64,000 nt of DNA. It comes from a virus. Positions 45,435-55,981 of this stretch are shown here, one piece after another (position 1 is the first letter of the stretch; each line of letters opens with the position of its first letter). The stretch is from the IMG/VR virus record IMGVR_UViG_3300009163_000019; one strand, given 5' to 3'. A program made the position numbers and the translations under genes. The notes below the pieces were generated by a model. The model saw only the letters and a program-made list of their open reading frames with translations. It made no database searches and had not been told where the DNA came from.

Positions 45435-46697
45435 TTATAGTATATTGCTACATTGATTATATCCTGTTATTCTATATACTTTTCCATTTACTGTAATATC
45501 TTGTGGACTAGATGTTATATTAGTTCCATTTAATGATAATACAGAAGGTTTCCAACTATTTGCCGTGTAAATTCCAGATCCATTATCGCATATAGGATTA
45601 CTATCATAAAATTGAGGATATGCAGATCCTGAAGGTATAAATAATTCAGTACTTAATGAATTATAGAATACATCAGTTCTAAATATACAGGCTCCTAAAT
45701 TAGTTCCATTACAACTTGTACCTGTGTATTTTATTATTTGTCCTGTTATAGTTAAATCGTCAGCTATAGATCCAGAAGTTATTTCTCCTGTAACCTTGAC
45801 ATCACCAGATCCATTATTAAATCCATAAACTAATATTTTAGCTTGTATAATAGAATTAGAAGTTGATGGTGTTACTGTTACAGTAGGAGTTTGTGTTACT
45901 GTTGGTGTTATAGTTATACTTGGCGTTATACTAGGGGTTATACTAACAGTTGTACTTGGTGTTTTACTAACTGTCTTACTAGGTGTCTTACTAGGAGTTG
46001 TAGTTTTAGTTGGTGTTATACTAGGAGTAATACTCGGTGTTTTACTTGGTGTTACAGTAGGTGTTTGAGTAAGTCCTGGTGTTATAGAAATTGTTACACT
46101 TGGACTAGGAGACGCAGCTATTATTGTAGATAGTGTAAAATCAAAACTAGGATCTGCTACTAAACATACATAATCTTCATTTGTAAATGTAATAATTCCT
46201 TGTGCATATAAAACATTTCCTACATGAACATTATTATTAAATGTGTCTACTATATTACCATTACCATCATCTATAATATTATAACTAGTTCCATCAGTAG
46301 AAGCAATATTAACTGTTCTTCTACTCATTTGTTCTCCAAACTGTCTTGATGGAATTGCAAAAAATCCTATATTACTTCCAGTAGCAGAAGGAAAATATCG
46401 ATTATCATCATCTAAACTACCCGATGCTCCTGTAGATTGTATAGAAGGATCCCAATAAGAAGCGGATCCTATAATAGATCCAGTTATATAATTTTGATAA
46501 TAAAGTTGCTTTATTACAGCATACTTATTTCTCTTAATAAAGGGTAACCCAGGAGAAGGTGAAACTATATTCGTACCCCTATTAGTAGTTATTCCGTAGT
46601 CCAGTAAAGACTGACTCGCATAGGTAGCAGAATATTTTACTTTTATAGGAGCCGAAGATATATCCGATTTTTTTATGGTATTCTTCGATCTGCTCAT
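45435..46697 (-). CDS. Baseplate/tail structural protein N-terminal part + TPS tract + Cys-rich domain
   Basis: DDGNGN...HVGNVLYAQGIITFT, then ~85-aa TPS tract; lacks the C-terminal domain seen in the upstream paralog. Confidence 0.65.
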   Translation of the reverse strand: MSRSKNTIKKSDISSAPIKVKYSATYASQSLLDYGITTNRGTNIVSPSPGLPFIKRNKYAVIKQLYYQNYITGSIIGSASYWDPSIQSTGASGSLDDDNRYFPSATGSNIGFFAIPSRQFGEQMSRRTVNIASTDGTSYNIIDDGNGNIVDTFNNNVHVGNVLYAQGIITFTNEDYVCLVADPSFDFTLSTIIAASPSPSVTISITPGLTQTPTVTPSKTPSITPSITPTKTTTPSKTPSKTVSKTPSTTVSITPSITPSITITPTVTQTPTVTVTPSTSNSIIQAKILVYGFNNGSGDVKVTGEITSGSIADDLTITGQIIKYTGTSCNGTNLGACIFRTDVFYNSLSTELFIPSGSAYPQFYDSNPICDNGSGIYTANSWKPSVLSLNGTNITSSPQDITVNGKVYRITGYNQCSNIL

Positions 46698-46703
46698 TTA
46701 ATT

Positions 46704-47735
46704 TTACCAATCTAATTTTACTCTAATTAAAGCCTCTTTAGTAAAGTCTTTTGTCAAAGGTTTAGATAATTTAGCTACTGCTACTAATTCATTATTATCA
46801 TTATACATACCTACAGATGTTGGAAATGTCTGTGGACTATTAATAAAGTTTGAGTATATTAATGTACCAGATCCTGATATAAATGAAGGATTGGTTGTAT
46901 AATTATATTCTCCATTTTTAATTCTTACAAAAATATAATCAGAAGATATAGTTTCTTGAGAATTTAATTGGAAATAAGCGCCTCTATTAATTGCTTGGAA
47001 AATAAGTTCTTGATTTGCATTAGCCGCTTGAGCAGTTGCTGCAGTACTTAAAGTATATCCTAATCCACCTGCATTTGCCGGTAAGCTAATAGCCTTTGGA
47101 TTTAAAACAATTAATCCAAGATCTGGGAGCATTAAACCATAACTACCTGAGGCAGTATATCCTTTAGCAGAAGCTCCTGATAATAGTGGACTATTTACAG
47201 CACTACCATTAGAACCTGAGATAATATCATAAACTCTTCCACCATCTACATAATTAACGATACTAACATCATTAGAATTATCTGTAAGAGTTAAAACATT
47301 TGTTCCATTACTAAGTCTTAGATTAAAAGTACCAGGGAAAAGACTCTCTTTATACTTATTTCTATCAACAGGAATTGCAATTAAATCAATTGAAGAGGTA
47401 TTACCAGCTCCAAAATTTACAGCGCTTTCTGCATCTCCATAAATTAAATTTCTATACTGACCAAAAGTAATTCTTGTCGGAGTATTTGCTAAAACTAAAT
47501 TATTAAGAGGAGCAGATCCTGATCCTAAAGCATGTCCGTAAGCAAATGAAAATTGTATAGAAGAAGTAGTTGCTGTTACTGGCGCATTATATACATCTAA
47601 GTAATTGCTTCCAGTATTTGCTGCTGATGCTGTATAAAATGAAGATAATATAGTAGCACCATTACTCCAAGCCGGGGCTGTAACGGAATCAGATGATACT
47701 ACAAAATCTGTTGGGTCTAATCTTGTAAATGACAT
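46704..47735 (-). CDS. Baseplate/tail structural protein
   Basis: FVRIKN.EYNY..NPSF...VGMYNDNNELVAVAKLSKP...VKLDW; module context. Confidence 0.7.
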   Translation of the reverse strand: MSFTRLDPTDFVVSSDSVTAPAWSNGATILSSFYTASAANTGSNYLDVYNAPVTATTSSIQFSFAYGHALGSGSAPLNNLVLANTPTRITFGQYRNLIYGDAESAVNFGAGNTSSIDLIAIPVDRNKYKESLFPGTFNLRLSNGTNVLTLTDNSNDVSIVNYVDGGRVYDIISGSNGSAVNSPLLSGASAKGYTASGSYGLMLPDLGLIVLNPKAISLPANAGGLGYTLSTAATAQAANANQELIFQAINRGAYFQLNSQETISSDYIFVRIKNGEYNYTTNPSFISGSGTLIYSNFINSPQTFPTSVGMYNDNNELVAVAKLSKPLTKDFTKEALIRVKLDW

Positions 47736-47746
47736 ATCTTATTTTA

Positions 47747-48406
47747 TTATTGATTTACTTTTGTAATAGTTACAGGAATACTAATTCTAGCACCAGAATC
47801 ACGACCAACAACAATCAGTGTTGTATATAATGAAGTATTAGCTCCAAATAATGTATTAACAGTAGTTGCACTTATGTTAATAGTTGTTCCAATTACTGTT
47901 TTACTTACATTCGTACCAATAGTTGCGGTAGAATTTAAACTAGTTGCTTCAGCAGTATTAATACCGACTCCATTAAATGAACTCATAGTTCTAACATCAC
48001 CAATAGTAGCCACATATCCTGATTGCTCAAATGTAGATGTAGCTCCTAAATAGTTTAAAGTCTGTGGAGTTATAGAAAGAGAAGCACCTTGGCGAATAAC
48101 AATTGCGGTATATCCAAGATCTAGTACAGGTATTTTAGCTGTTCCTCTAGGAAGCGTAATTAACTTATACTTCATTATTTCTGTATCATTAGGATATGCT
48201 TGAAGTATTGGCATGGCTTCTATAGCCTCACCATAAAAAGCAGATCCAGAAGGATGATTTGGATTATATAAAGTGTAATCTATCTCGTCATCAGCTAAAG
48301 AGAATTGAGTAATTCTAAATGATCCATCATTACGAGCTAAAAGCTCTCTACCTTTCTTAGTTAGGATGGCATCAACAATTACTGAGGAATTTTGTAAATA
48401 TGACAT
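47747..48406 (-). CDS. Conserved virion structural protein
   Basis: VDAILTKKGRELLA...ITQFSLADDEIDY; ATATTTAT upstream. Confidence 0.7.
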   Translation of the reverse strand: MSYLQNSSVIVDAILTKKGRELLARNDGSFRITQFSLADDEIDYTLYNPNHPSGSAFYGEAIEAMPILQAYPNDTEIMKYKLITLPRGTAKIPVLDLGYTAIVIRQGASLSITPQTLNYLGATSTFEQSGYVATIGDVRTMSSFNGVGINTAEATSLNSTATIGTNVSKTVIGTTINISATTVNTLFGANTSLYTTLIVVGRDSGARISIPVTITKVNQ

Positions 48407-48446
48407 AAAAAATGGGCTTTTAAATAAATATATCTAATTTTGTTTT

Positions 48447-51400
48447 TTATTGTATTAAATTCTGCTGTTTTAAAGCTTTTACTGTATTACCAGCATTTGC
48501 TTGAACAACTTCATCTATATATTGAGGAAATAATAAACCATTTTCAACTAAAGTAGAATCTTTTGGATTATATCTAAGCATAACATTAGTTTCGTCAGGT
48601 AGATGTTTCCATACAACATACCTACACGCACGGAATGGTGAACCAGTAAAGGCATCTATAGGAACTCCGGAACCAGAGGATAGAAGTGCTCCATCTATAG
48701 ACCTGTCTACTTCAGCTATTAATCTAGATCCAGTAACGCCAGATCCTGTAAATATAATATTTTTTATACTATATTCAAATCTTTCATCCCAACCAAGAGA
48801 GGATGTATTATATAGAGATATTCTATCTCCAACATTTAAAGTAAATGGAGTTATCACCCTTTCTAATGGAGATGTACTCCAGTAATCATCAGAAGTTGAA
48901 TTATATACCAATCCATAATCATAATAATATGCTATAGCCGAATCAAATACTATTTGTTTAGATTGAGATAAATAATATAAACAGTTTTGAGATGCACTAA
49001 CATTAGTAGTTAAAATAGTAGTAGTAAAAGTTGTACCACCTCCGCCTCCTCCTCGTTGCTCAATGCCATCAATATATTTTGTACATGTCCGACTAAATCC
49101 AGAGTTTGACCATCTAGCATTTGGATCAGTTTCTAGACTACATCCACTACCTAATCCAGAGGGTGTTAATACACTTGTATCACTAGCAATTGTTGTTCCG
49201 TCCGATGTTTGCCCAGTATTAATACTTAATACTCTTTCTGTTAATGTTCCGCATGTACCATTTGAACTCATAGCAGCCATAATATACACATAAACATCAA
49301 AAGTCACAGCTTGAGGAGTAGACGCTCCATTAGGATGGTATGAGGCACTTACGCCGGAAAAATAAATAGATTCAGAACCATTGTCTTGTTCGCAAACATA
49401 GTATCCTACTCTCCAGTTACTAGATTTTAATTCAGGAGAATTAGGATCTATACCACCGCCGCTACTACCTTGTATTATTATTGGTATTGGAGTATCTAAA
49501 CTAAATGATTGTGTTGTAGTAGATCTAGAACCACTTACTTGATGTAGTATTGGTAAATATCTAAATCCGCCTTCATATATTGTGGTAGTAGGATTATTTA
49601 CTAGTTGCTGAGAAAATGGATTTCTTTCATCATATTCAAATAGGGAGATATTTGAAGTCTCTCCTGATTTATATATATTCTGAACAGAAAATATGTTATT
49701 ATTTGCTTTAGTAAGATCTAATACATTTTGATTATTATCAATAACATATTTTATTTGTGCATTAGATCTTTTCGGTAAAAACATAGATGATGAATAGATA
49801 TCAACTAAATAAGCGTATTGATATTTTATCTTATCTATTGCAGCTGTTTTACCATAAGAATCATCTCCTACTGTATAAGTTGTATAAGTTGCACTCACAG
49901 TTTGTGATCCTTTATATCTAGGAAGTATAGATCTTTCTAAAAAGTAATTATAATCCTGAACATAAGCATATGGGCTCATAGGATTTGTATAATCCGCATA
50001 ATTATTTATCTGTGAATTATTTAGAGATCCTGTTATTATATTAAAATTAACAGGCTTTGATTGATCTGCCGTGTAGTCTAGATCTAATAAATAAAGAGAC
50101 CTTACAGAACTAGTAACATTTTGATATAGAGCTCCTCTAGAAACAGTAACAACACCTGATGATGTTGCAGGAAGATTTGAATTTTCTGATTGATCAAAAG
50201 CATCTCCAGTAGTAACTACTATTTCTGATCCTGCTAATTCTCCTGTATATTGTTCATAGTTTTGAGAACTAGTATAAGCAACATTACCTAAAGGTGTAGT
50301 AATTAAGCCTGTCCAATAAGTAGATCCAGATAGCGCGCCTCCTGTAGATCCTTCTACATAAAGCATATCTATAGATTGTGAATAGTTCATATTAAGACTC
50401 ATGCTAGGCTCATATCTTGCATACTTATTCCTTTCTAGCATATGAGATTTTACAATTATACCTGTAGATAGATTTGCTCTAGCAGGTACAAAGTCTTTAA
50501 TCATTTTGAATAAAGAGTTATTGTAAAATTTAATTAATCTTATATATTCCCAAACACTACTAGGTTGTGTATAGTTTGCAAAATAGGCATTACTTGCACT
50601 AACTAGTGGCGCATATGATGATGATTGTTGATATCCTGGGCTTCCTATTAATTGATTAATATCAAAAAATCCTTGAGATGCAGTTATATTTGTATTAATA
50701 GTATCTGCTGGTGAAAATCCTACTTCAATATTTGTACTATTAACTCTATGATCTTTATCATAAAATTGTAAAGTAGCATAAGGTGAAAGTAATGATGAGG
50801 ATAAAGCTAAGCTGCCAGATACATTCCCATTACTTCCAGTAGAAATATTTATTTTGTAATCCGTTGTATCTAAATCAAATGCGCCATCAACAGAATCAAT
50901 TGGATTACCACCAAATTCTCTAACGGTTAAAATTTCTTCAGGAATACCAAAAGTACTGATTAGGGCTTTTATACCTCTTTGTGTACCTTTTGTTTTAAGT
51001 AAATACGGTAAGTTATGATATAATCTTTTATATAATTCATCTTGAATAGTAGCCGCAGGAAGTGTAGTTAAACTTGAAGTAACATAATTGGTTATAAGTT
51101 CAGATCCAGTTGGAGGCAATAATCCACCATCAGTATTAATACCAAACAACGTATAGTACAGGTTATCAGATACATTTGAATTAGTATATAATTGCATTCC
51201 AAAACCCTTTAGAGCGTCAGAAACAATGTCTAATGATATACCAGTATCAGGATTATTAGTTGCATTATATCGATTAGAAAGGTCTTTATAATATATCCAA
51301 ATATTATCAAAATGCTGTCCTATCATATCTAGGAAAGTAATATATGGAGTATTACTAGAATCATCTAATAAATACTGCGGGATACTATTATGCAGTAAGT

Positions 51401-52652
51401 CTTTATTTGTGCTATCATAATAAGAAGCCGAGAATAGTAAAGATTGAGTTGTTGCTGTTGGAACAATAGACTCACTTCCTAAAAAATTAGCGGCTTCTGA
51501 TGAAGTTACTGAATATAATTGATATGGCTGAGTTGTTGTTGATTTAGGCCATGTCCAACTAGAAGAATTAAAATATAAAAAATATTCGTAGGTATCAAAT
51601 TTTTGTATAATATTATTTATAGAAGACTCTATATATCCTATAGAAGACGATACTATTAGTTGATTTCCTGACCCACCAGTTATTGATTGTTGTTGTATTA
51701 TTTGATTATTATAAGATTCTATTAATCCTAATTTATAAACAAAATTATTTACCCTTTCTGTAGCACTTGAAAAATGAATAAAATTGCTAAAATTACTATA
51801 ATCAACATTTATTTCGACAGACTTATCTTGATAATAACTAAGTAGTTTTTGATAAGAAGAACTTATATTACTAGATAATAAATTATTATAATTATAATAT
51901 GGCGTAGTTTGTCCATTTTTATTATTTATAACAACATTAAAATTTGGACCTCTTAAAGAATTTTCATTTTGTGTAGATTCTGCTTGAACTTGAATATTTA
52001 CATCAAAGCTAACAGATTCAGCTACTTTATCTACTATCCATAATTGAGTTTTTAAATCATAATCTGGAGATAATGGTGCATATAATTTAATTAAAAGATA
52101 ACCGCCATCTTCGTCTTCTGTGTATGCTACATTGTCTGCAATTATTATTTCATTATTTCCAAAATTAAGATAAAATACAGGATAATAATTTTTAGTTCCA
52201 ATATATGCTTGATACTGATTAAATCCATTTTTAATATCGGAATTACTTAATACTTGAGAAGCTAATTTTAATTCTGTTCTTGAAGTTGATATTTCTTTTA
52301 TCCAAAAGAATCTGCCAAATGCAGAGTTAAATAATCTTTTATGGAAATGATACTGTATATTTAAATTTCCTCTATTAAACCCTCTATTTTTTAAATCCGT
52401 TTCTGGATCTAATGTAAGACTGGGATAGGTATTATTTTTAGGATTAGCTGTTAAATATGGATAATAATCTGAGGCATCATAATCAAAGTCTAATAATTGT
52501 TTATTTTCATCATATATATATAACTCTAAATAATCATTTGTTGCTCCAAATTGTGTATTAATATAATCTGAAGTAACTAATTGTCTATCTAATGTAGATA
52601 AATTCTGTCTCTCTGTTCCTTGCCCTGCATATGTTATATTAACTAATTCCAT
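48447..52652 (-). CDS. Large baseplate wedge-like protein
   Basis: IPQYL...FLDMIGQHFD...LLKTKGT..GIKALI..FG...VPARA. Confidence 0.7.
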   Translation of the reverse strand: MELVNITYAGQGTERQNLSTLDRQLVTSDYINTQFGATNDYLELYIYDENKQLLDFDYDASDYYPYLTANPKNNTYPSLTLDPETDLKNRGFNRGNLNIQYHFHKRLFNSAFGRFFWIKEISTSRTELKLASQVLSNSDIKNGFNQYQAYIGTKNYYPVFYLNFGNNEIIIADNVAYTEDEDGGYLLIKLYAPLSPDYDLKTQLWIVDKVAESVSFDVNIQVQAESTQNENSLRGPNFNVVINNKNGQTTPYYNYNNLLSSNISSSYQKLLSYYQDKSVEINVDYSNFSNFIHFSSATERVNNFVYKLGLIESYNNQIIQQQSITGGSGNQLIVSSSIGYIESSINNIIQKFDTYEYFLYFNSSSWTWPKSTTTQPYQLYSVTSSEAANFLGSESIVPTATTQSLLFSASYYDSTNKDLLHNSIPQYLLDDSSNTPYITFLDMIGQHFDNIWIYYKDLSNRYNATNNPDTGISLDIVSDALKGFGMQLYTNSNVSDNLYYTLFGINTDGGLLPPTGSELITNYVTSSLTTLPAATIQDELYKRLYHNLPYLLKTKGTQRGIKALISTFGIPEEILTVREFGGNPIDSVDGAFDLDTTDYKINISTGSNGNVSGSLALSSSLLSPYATLQFYDKDHRVNSTNIEVGFSPADTINTNITASQGFFDINQLIGSPGYQQSSSYAPLVSASNAYFANYTQPSSVWEYIRLIKFYNNSLFKMIKDFVPARANLSTGIIVKSHMLERNKYARYEPSMSLNMNYSQSIDMLYVEGSTGGALSGSTYWTGLITTPLGNVAYTSSQNYEQYTGELAGSEIVVTTGDAFDQSENSNLPATSSGVVTVSRGALYQNVTSSVRSLYLLDLDYTADQSKPVNFNIITGSLNNSQINNYADYTNPMSPYAYVQDYNYFLERSILPRYKGSQTVSATYTTYTVGDDSYGKTAAIDKIKYQYAYLVDIYSSSMFLPKRSNAQIKYVIDNNQNVLDLTKANNNIFSVQNIYKSGETSNISLFEYDERNPFSQQLVNNPTTTIYEGGFRYLPILHQVSGSRSTTTQSFSLDTPIPIIIQGSSGGGIDPNSPELKSSNWRVGYYVCEQDNGSESIYFSGVSASYHPNGASTPQAVTFDVYVYIMAAMSSNGTCGTLTERVLSINTGQTSDGTTIASDTSVLTPSGLGSGCSLETDPNARWSNSGFSRTCTKYIDGIEQRGGGGGGTTFTTTILTTNVSASQNCLYYLSQSKQIVFDSAIAYYYDYGLVYNSTSDDYWSTSPLERVITPFTLNVGDRISLYNTSSLGWDERFEYSIKNIIFTGSGVTGSRLIAEVDRSIDGALLSSGSGVPIDAFTGSPFRACRYVVWKHLPDETNVMLRYNPKDSTLVENGLLFPQYIDEVVQANAGNTVKALKQQNLIQ

Positions 52653-52990
52653 TACATTAATTGATTAATATTTGTGAATGTCTGATTAAGATCTAATAAT
52701 TGTTGGCGTAGTGAATTAATTTCTTCTATTAAAGCCTGTTTTTCTGCATCTATTACAGATCCTCCTATATATTGTTGACTTCTTTCTACTAAATATATAT
52801 GAGAATTTATGTCTCCTTCAACAGGTATATTAAAAAATAATTCATCATAATATCTAAAAAAATCATCTACTGATATAGCTGCTTGAGTGTCTACTACTAC
52901 AGGAGTTATTAATTCTGTAAAACGAGTATCAATAGCTTTTGAATAAGTATTAAGACCATAAATTTGTTTTATTAAATCTACATTTGCCAT
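52652..52990 (-). CDS. Structural-module hypothetical protein
   Basis: IDT.F.EL...FF..YD.LF..IP; translationally coupled. Confidence 0.6.
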   Translation of the reverse strand: MANVDLIKQIYGLNTYSKAIDTRFTELITPVVVDTQAAISVDDFFRYYDELFFNIPVEGDINSHIYLVERSQQYIGGSVIDAEKQALIEEINSLRQQLLDLNQTFTNINQLM

Positions 52991-54111
52991 TATCTAACTA
53001 CTTTAAAAATTAAATCATTATCTATATCATAAGATTCACCATCAGACATTACTGTTCTTATAAGTACTTTATAATATCTTTCTGGTTCAAGGCCTGACAT
53101 ATATAAGTAAAAATAACTATTTGTTCCATCGCAACTTATTTTAGTAAACGATGTATCAAAATCTATAACCATATCATTGTTTTTAGCATCTTGAATAGCC
53201 CAATAAGAAGTTTCAGGAAGTGCTTTATTTGTTGTATAAAAAGAAGATGTTGTAAATGTTCTAGGAGGGTATTTATCCCTCGCATTAATTATCATTTTAT
53301 ATTTACCAGTTCCATATTTGTAATTAGATATATTATTACCTAATGTTATTACATTATCAGAATTATCAATAACTGATAAAGTACCAGTATTATAAGAACT
53401 ATCGTCCCACTTCATTTCAATAGTAGGTGGATAAATAGTATGTGTATCTACTGAAAAGAAACTTAACGCTATGTAACTATTTGGATTTTGTTCTATTGAA
53501 TTTGGGTGTTTTATAATAAATCCATAATTAGGAAAATTATTAAACCAAGCATCTACTATAGGTTGAACATTTACATTTATATCTTTATTATCTTTATAAC
53601 TAAAAGATTGTGTGTAAACTGTGCCTTCCCAAGAACCTCCACCAGGAGTTAAATAATAAGAACCTGAAACCCCAAAAGAGTTATATCCCCAGTTATTACT
53701 TGCAGATGTAAAAGATCCAGTACTATACCAACAACAACCATTTCTAGTTTCTGGTACATCCGCGGCTTTTCCCGTTCCCATAGTCCAAGAATCATGAACT
53801 TGGGCAATTTGTAAACTATAACTAGTATTTAAGTTTTCAGCATTTGCTAAATATAATCTTAAATTTGCTTGCCAAGAGCCAGTTCTAAATGATTTAAGTG
53901 TTTGTAAATCATTATTATCAAATAATATTAATGATCTTCTTAAGTCATCACTTAATAAAGGTTCTGTTGGAACAGATTCTACAAAATAATTTAAAGGTGT
54001 AGATGAATTTTTTACCGATACCTCAAGTATTTCATCTAATCCAGCGTTTAAAGCAGGATGACTAGAATATATAGAAGCGTCAGCTGAGGCAAATATTTTA
54101 TATACGGCCAT
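52990..54111 (-). CDS. Virion protein, DNRLRE-like domain
   Basis: DASIYS...N.GLDEILE, RSLILFD, W.MGTG, NYGFIIK, FFS.DTHTIYPP. Confidence 0.65.
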   Translation of the reverse strand: MAVYKIFASADASIYSSHPALNAGLDEILEVSVKNSSTPLNYFVESVPTEPLLSDDLRRSLILFDNNDLQTLKSFRTGSWQANLRLYLANAENLNTSYSLQIAQVHDSWTMGTGKAADVPETRNGCCWYSTGSFTSASNNWGYNSFGVSGSYYLTPGGGSWEGTVYTQSFSYKDNKDINVNVQPIVDAWFNNFPNYGFIIKHPNSIEQNPNSYIALSFFSVDTHTIYPPTIEMKWDDSSYNTGTLSVIDNSDNVITLGNNISNYKYGTGKYKMIINARDKYPPRTFTTSSFYTTNKALPETSYWAIQDAKNNDMVIDFDTSFTKISCDGTNSYFYLYMSGLEPERYYKVLIRTVMSDGESYDIDNDLIFKVVR

Positions 54112-54121
54112 TTTTTTATTT

Positions 54122-55978
54122 TTATAATGTTACTACTCTACCTTGAATATCAGTATCAGGATATTTAACCTCAAATATAGAAGGATCTAATGACGGATAT
54201 ATTACGTTATTTAAAGTACCTGCAGAAATATCATAAGCATACTTAGAATATCCGCTAGCTTCTCCTGTTTTATTTATTATTTTAACATCTTTTACAGTTT
54301 GAACACCTTCTACTTGATCTAATGTTGAATATAGATCACCTAATATAATAGGCTGATTTATTTGCCAATTATCCGTATTAAAGAAGTTTTGCACTTGAAT
54401 TAAACATCTAGCAATAACATCCTGACTTGTATAGTTGGGTCTTATAATGATATCAAAATTACAACCTATGTTTATAATATATCCAGGTTTCATATTGATA
54501 GCATCAGTCATCATTCTATAATCAAAAAGATACGTTTGTATATTTTTTAAAAGAGCAGGAGATGGATCTGCTAATTGTCCTGCATTGTTTAATCCTAGAA
54601 CATATAGACTAATTAGCATTTGATCTTTCTGACTAACGTCAGCATCCATGTATTTATTATATGTTGCGTCATCCTTTGTTACATAAGCCTTAGATACCTT
54701 TCCATATTGTCCAGGCATACTAAGAGTCCTAGCCAAATAATCTTGTTGAGTAACAGCTCTTAATTGAGTAGGAAATTCATTTGCAATATTAAATCTTAAT
54801 TCTTGAACTGAATCACCATCTCCGCCCCCAACTGCAGGACTTGGATTATTTACTGCTATAGTATTTTGATACGTAGTATTTCCTGATACTGTATATGATG
54901 CTACTTGATTTAATTGATTTGATAAAGCATTTGCACTAGCTCCACCGCCTACTAAATAATTAAAAGTAATAGTTGTATTTTTAGGAGCTATACCATATGT
55001 TTGTGTAGTTACAAAATTTGTTGGATCAAATGAACTGGATAATTGACTAAGACCGCCGGCTGTTAATCCTACACTGATGCTACTAGGATTCGGAATTACT
55101 GCTGTATCTGCCACTGAATTTATACCAGCACCAAATTCTATTTCTAAAGATCCGTCAGTTCTAAATCTTGAAACAAAACGTCTAGGAACCTGTAGTTTTT
55201 GAATTATATAAGGTACTTGATTTGAATATTGATATAAACTAGGATAGTTTGTAGCCGTATTTTGAACTGGTGTTAATATATAATCTTGTGCTAAATAAGG
55301 AACTTCATACCATGTATTACCATCTGAATCTACAGCATTTAATATAGATATTATTGAGCTATCTTGAATAGTTATTGTAGAAAATCTTTTAGGAGAAGAA
55401 AATGTAGCCGGATAAGTTTTTACTTGTCCTGATAATGCTTGTGCTGTTTTCTTTAACAAGTAAGATATTGCGTTACCAGTGCCATCTACATTATAAACTT
55501 CTATAGTTGTAGGATCATAAGATGATGATGTGCTAAAATCTACTTTTTGTGGAATAAAAAATAAAACAGAACTATTAACATTTGATTTTATTTGCATTCC
55601 TTGATTTATAGTCATAGCATAAGAAAAATCAGGAACCTCATCTATACCAGAAGTAAGTGACGGTACTTGTTGATAAACATCAATATCTACTATAGCAGCA
55701 GAAGTTACTTTAGGTCTATATCCCATCATATATGCTAGGGAATATAAATTATTTTTTTGTTTAGCATATTGTAAAAAAGTTTCTTGAAGTTGATTATCTA
55801 AATAAAAAGACATAACGTCTCCTACATAAGAAGCCATTTCAATAAACATACTACCAGGACTAGCTTGTGTAAAGTCATTATATACTGTCGGATAGTATGC
55901 TTTTGCATATTCTATCAAATCAGATTTGAAAGAACTAAAGTCTTTATTTAAATACTTAATATCTATTTCGTTAGCCAT
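54122..55978 (-). CDS. Baseplate wedge subunit, T4 gp6 / BaseplateJ-like
   Basis: DF...K..L..Y, YVGDV.SFYLD, IEFG.G, Y.VGGG..AN, GGGD.DS, QLRAVT..DY. Confidence 0.88.
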   Translation of the reverse strand: MANEIDIKYLNKDFSSFKSDLIEYAKAYYPTVYNDFTQASPGSMFIEMASYVGDVMSFYLDNQLQETFLQYAKQKNNLYSLAYMMGYRPKVTSAAIVDIDVYQQVPSLTSGIDEVPDFSYAMTINQGMQIKSNVNSSVLFFIPQKVDFSTSSSYDPTTIEVYNVDGTGNAISYLLKKTAQALSGQVKTYPATFSSPKRFSTITIQDSSIISILNAVDSDGNTWYEVPYLAQDYILTPVQNTATNYPSLYQYSNQVPYIIQKLQVPRRFVSRFRTDGSLEIEFGAGINSVADTAVIPNPSSISVGLTAGGLSQLSSSFDPTNFVTTQTYGIAPKNTTITFNYLVGGGASANALSNQLNQVASYTVSGNTTYQNTIAVNNPSPAVGGGDGDSVQELRFNIANEFPTQLRAVTQQDYLARTLSMPGQYGKVSKAYVTKDDATYNKYMDADVSQKDQMLISLYVLGLNNAGQLADPSPALLKNIQTYLFDYRMMTDAINMKPGYIINIGCNFDIIIRPNYTSQDVIARCLIQVQNFFNTDNWQINQPIILGDLYSTLDQVEGVQTVKDVKIINKTGEASGYSKYAYDISAGTLNNVIYPSLDPSIFEVKYPDTDIQGRVVTL

Positions 55979-55981
55979 TTT

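Noticed and set aside
45891-46133. Cys/Trp/Tyr-rich 80-aa + strand ORF
   Set aside because: Shadow of the TPS tract in 45435..46697
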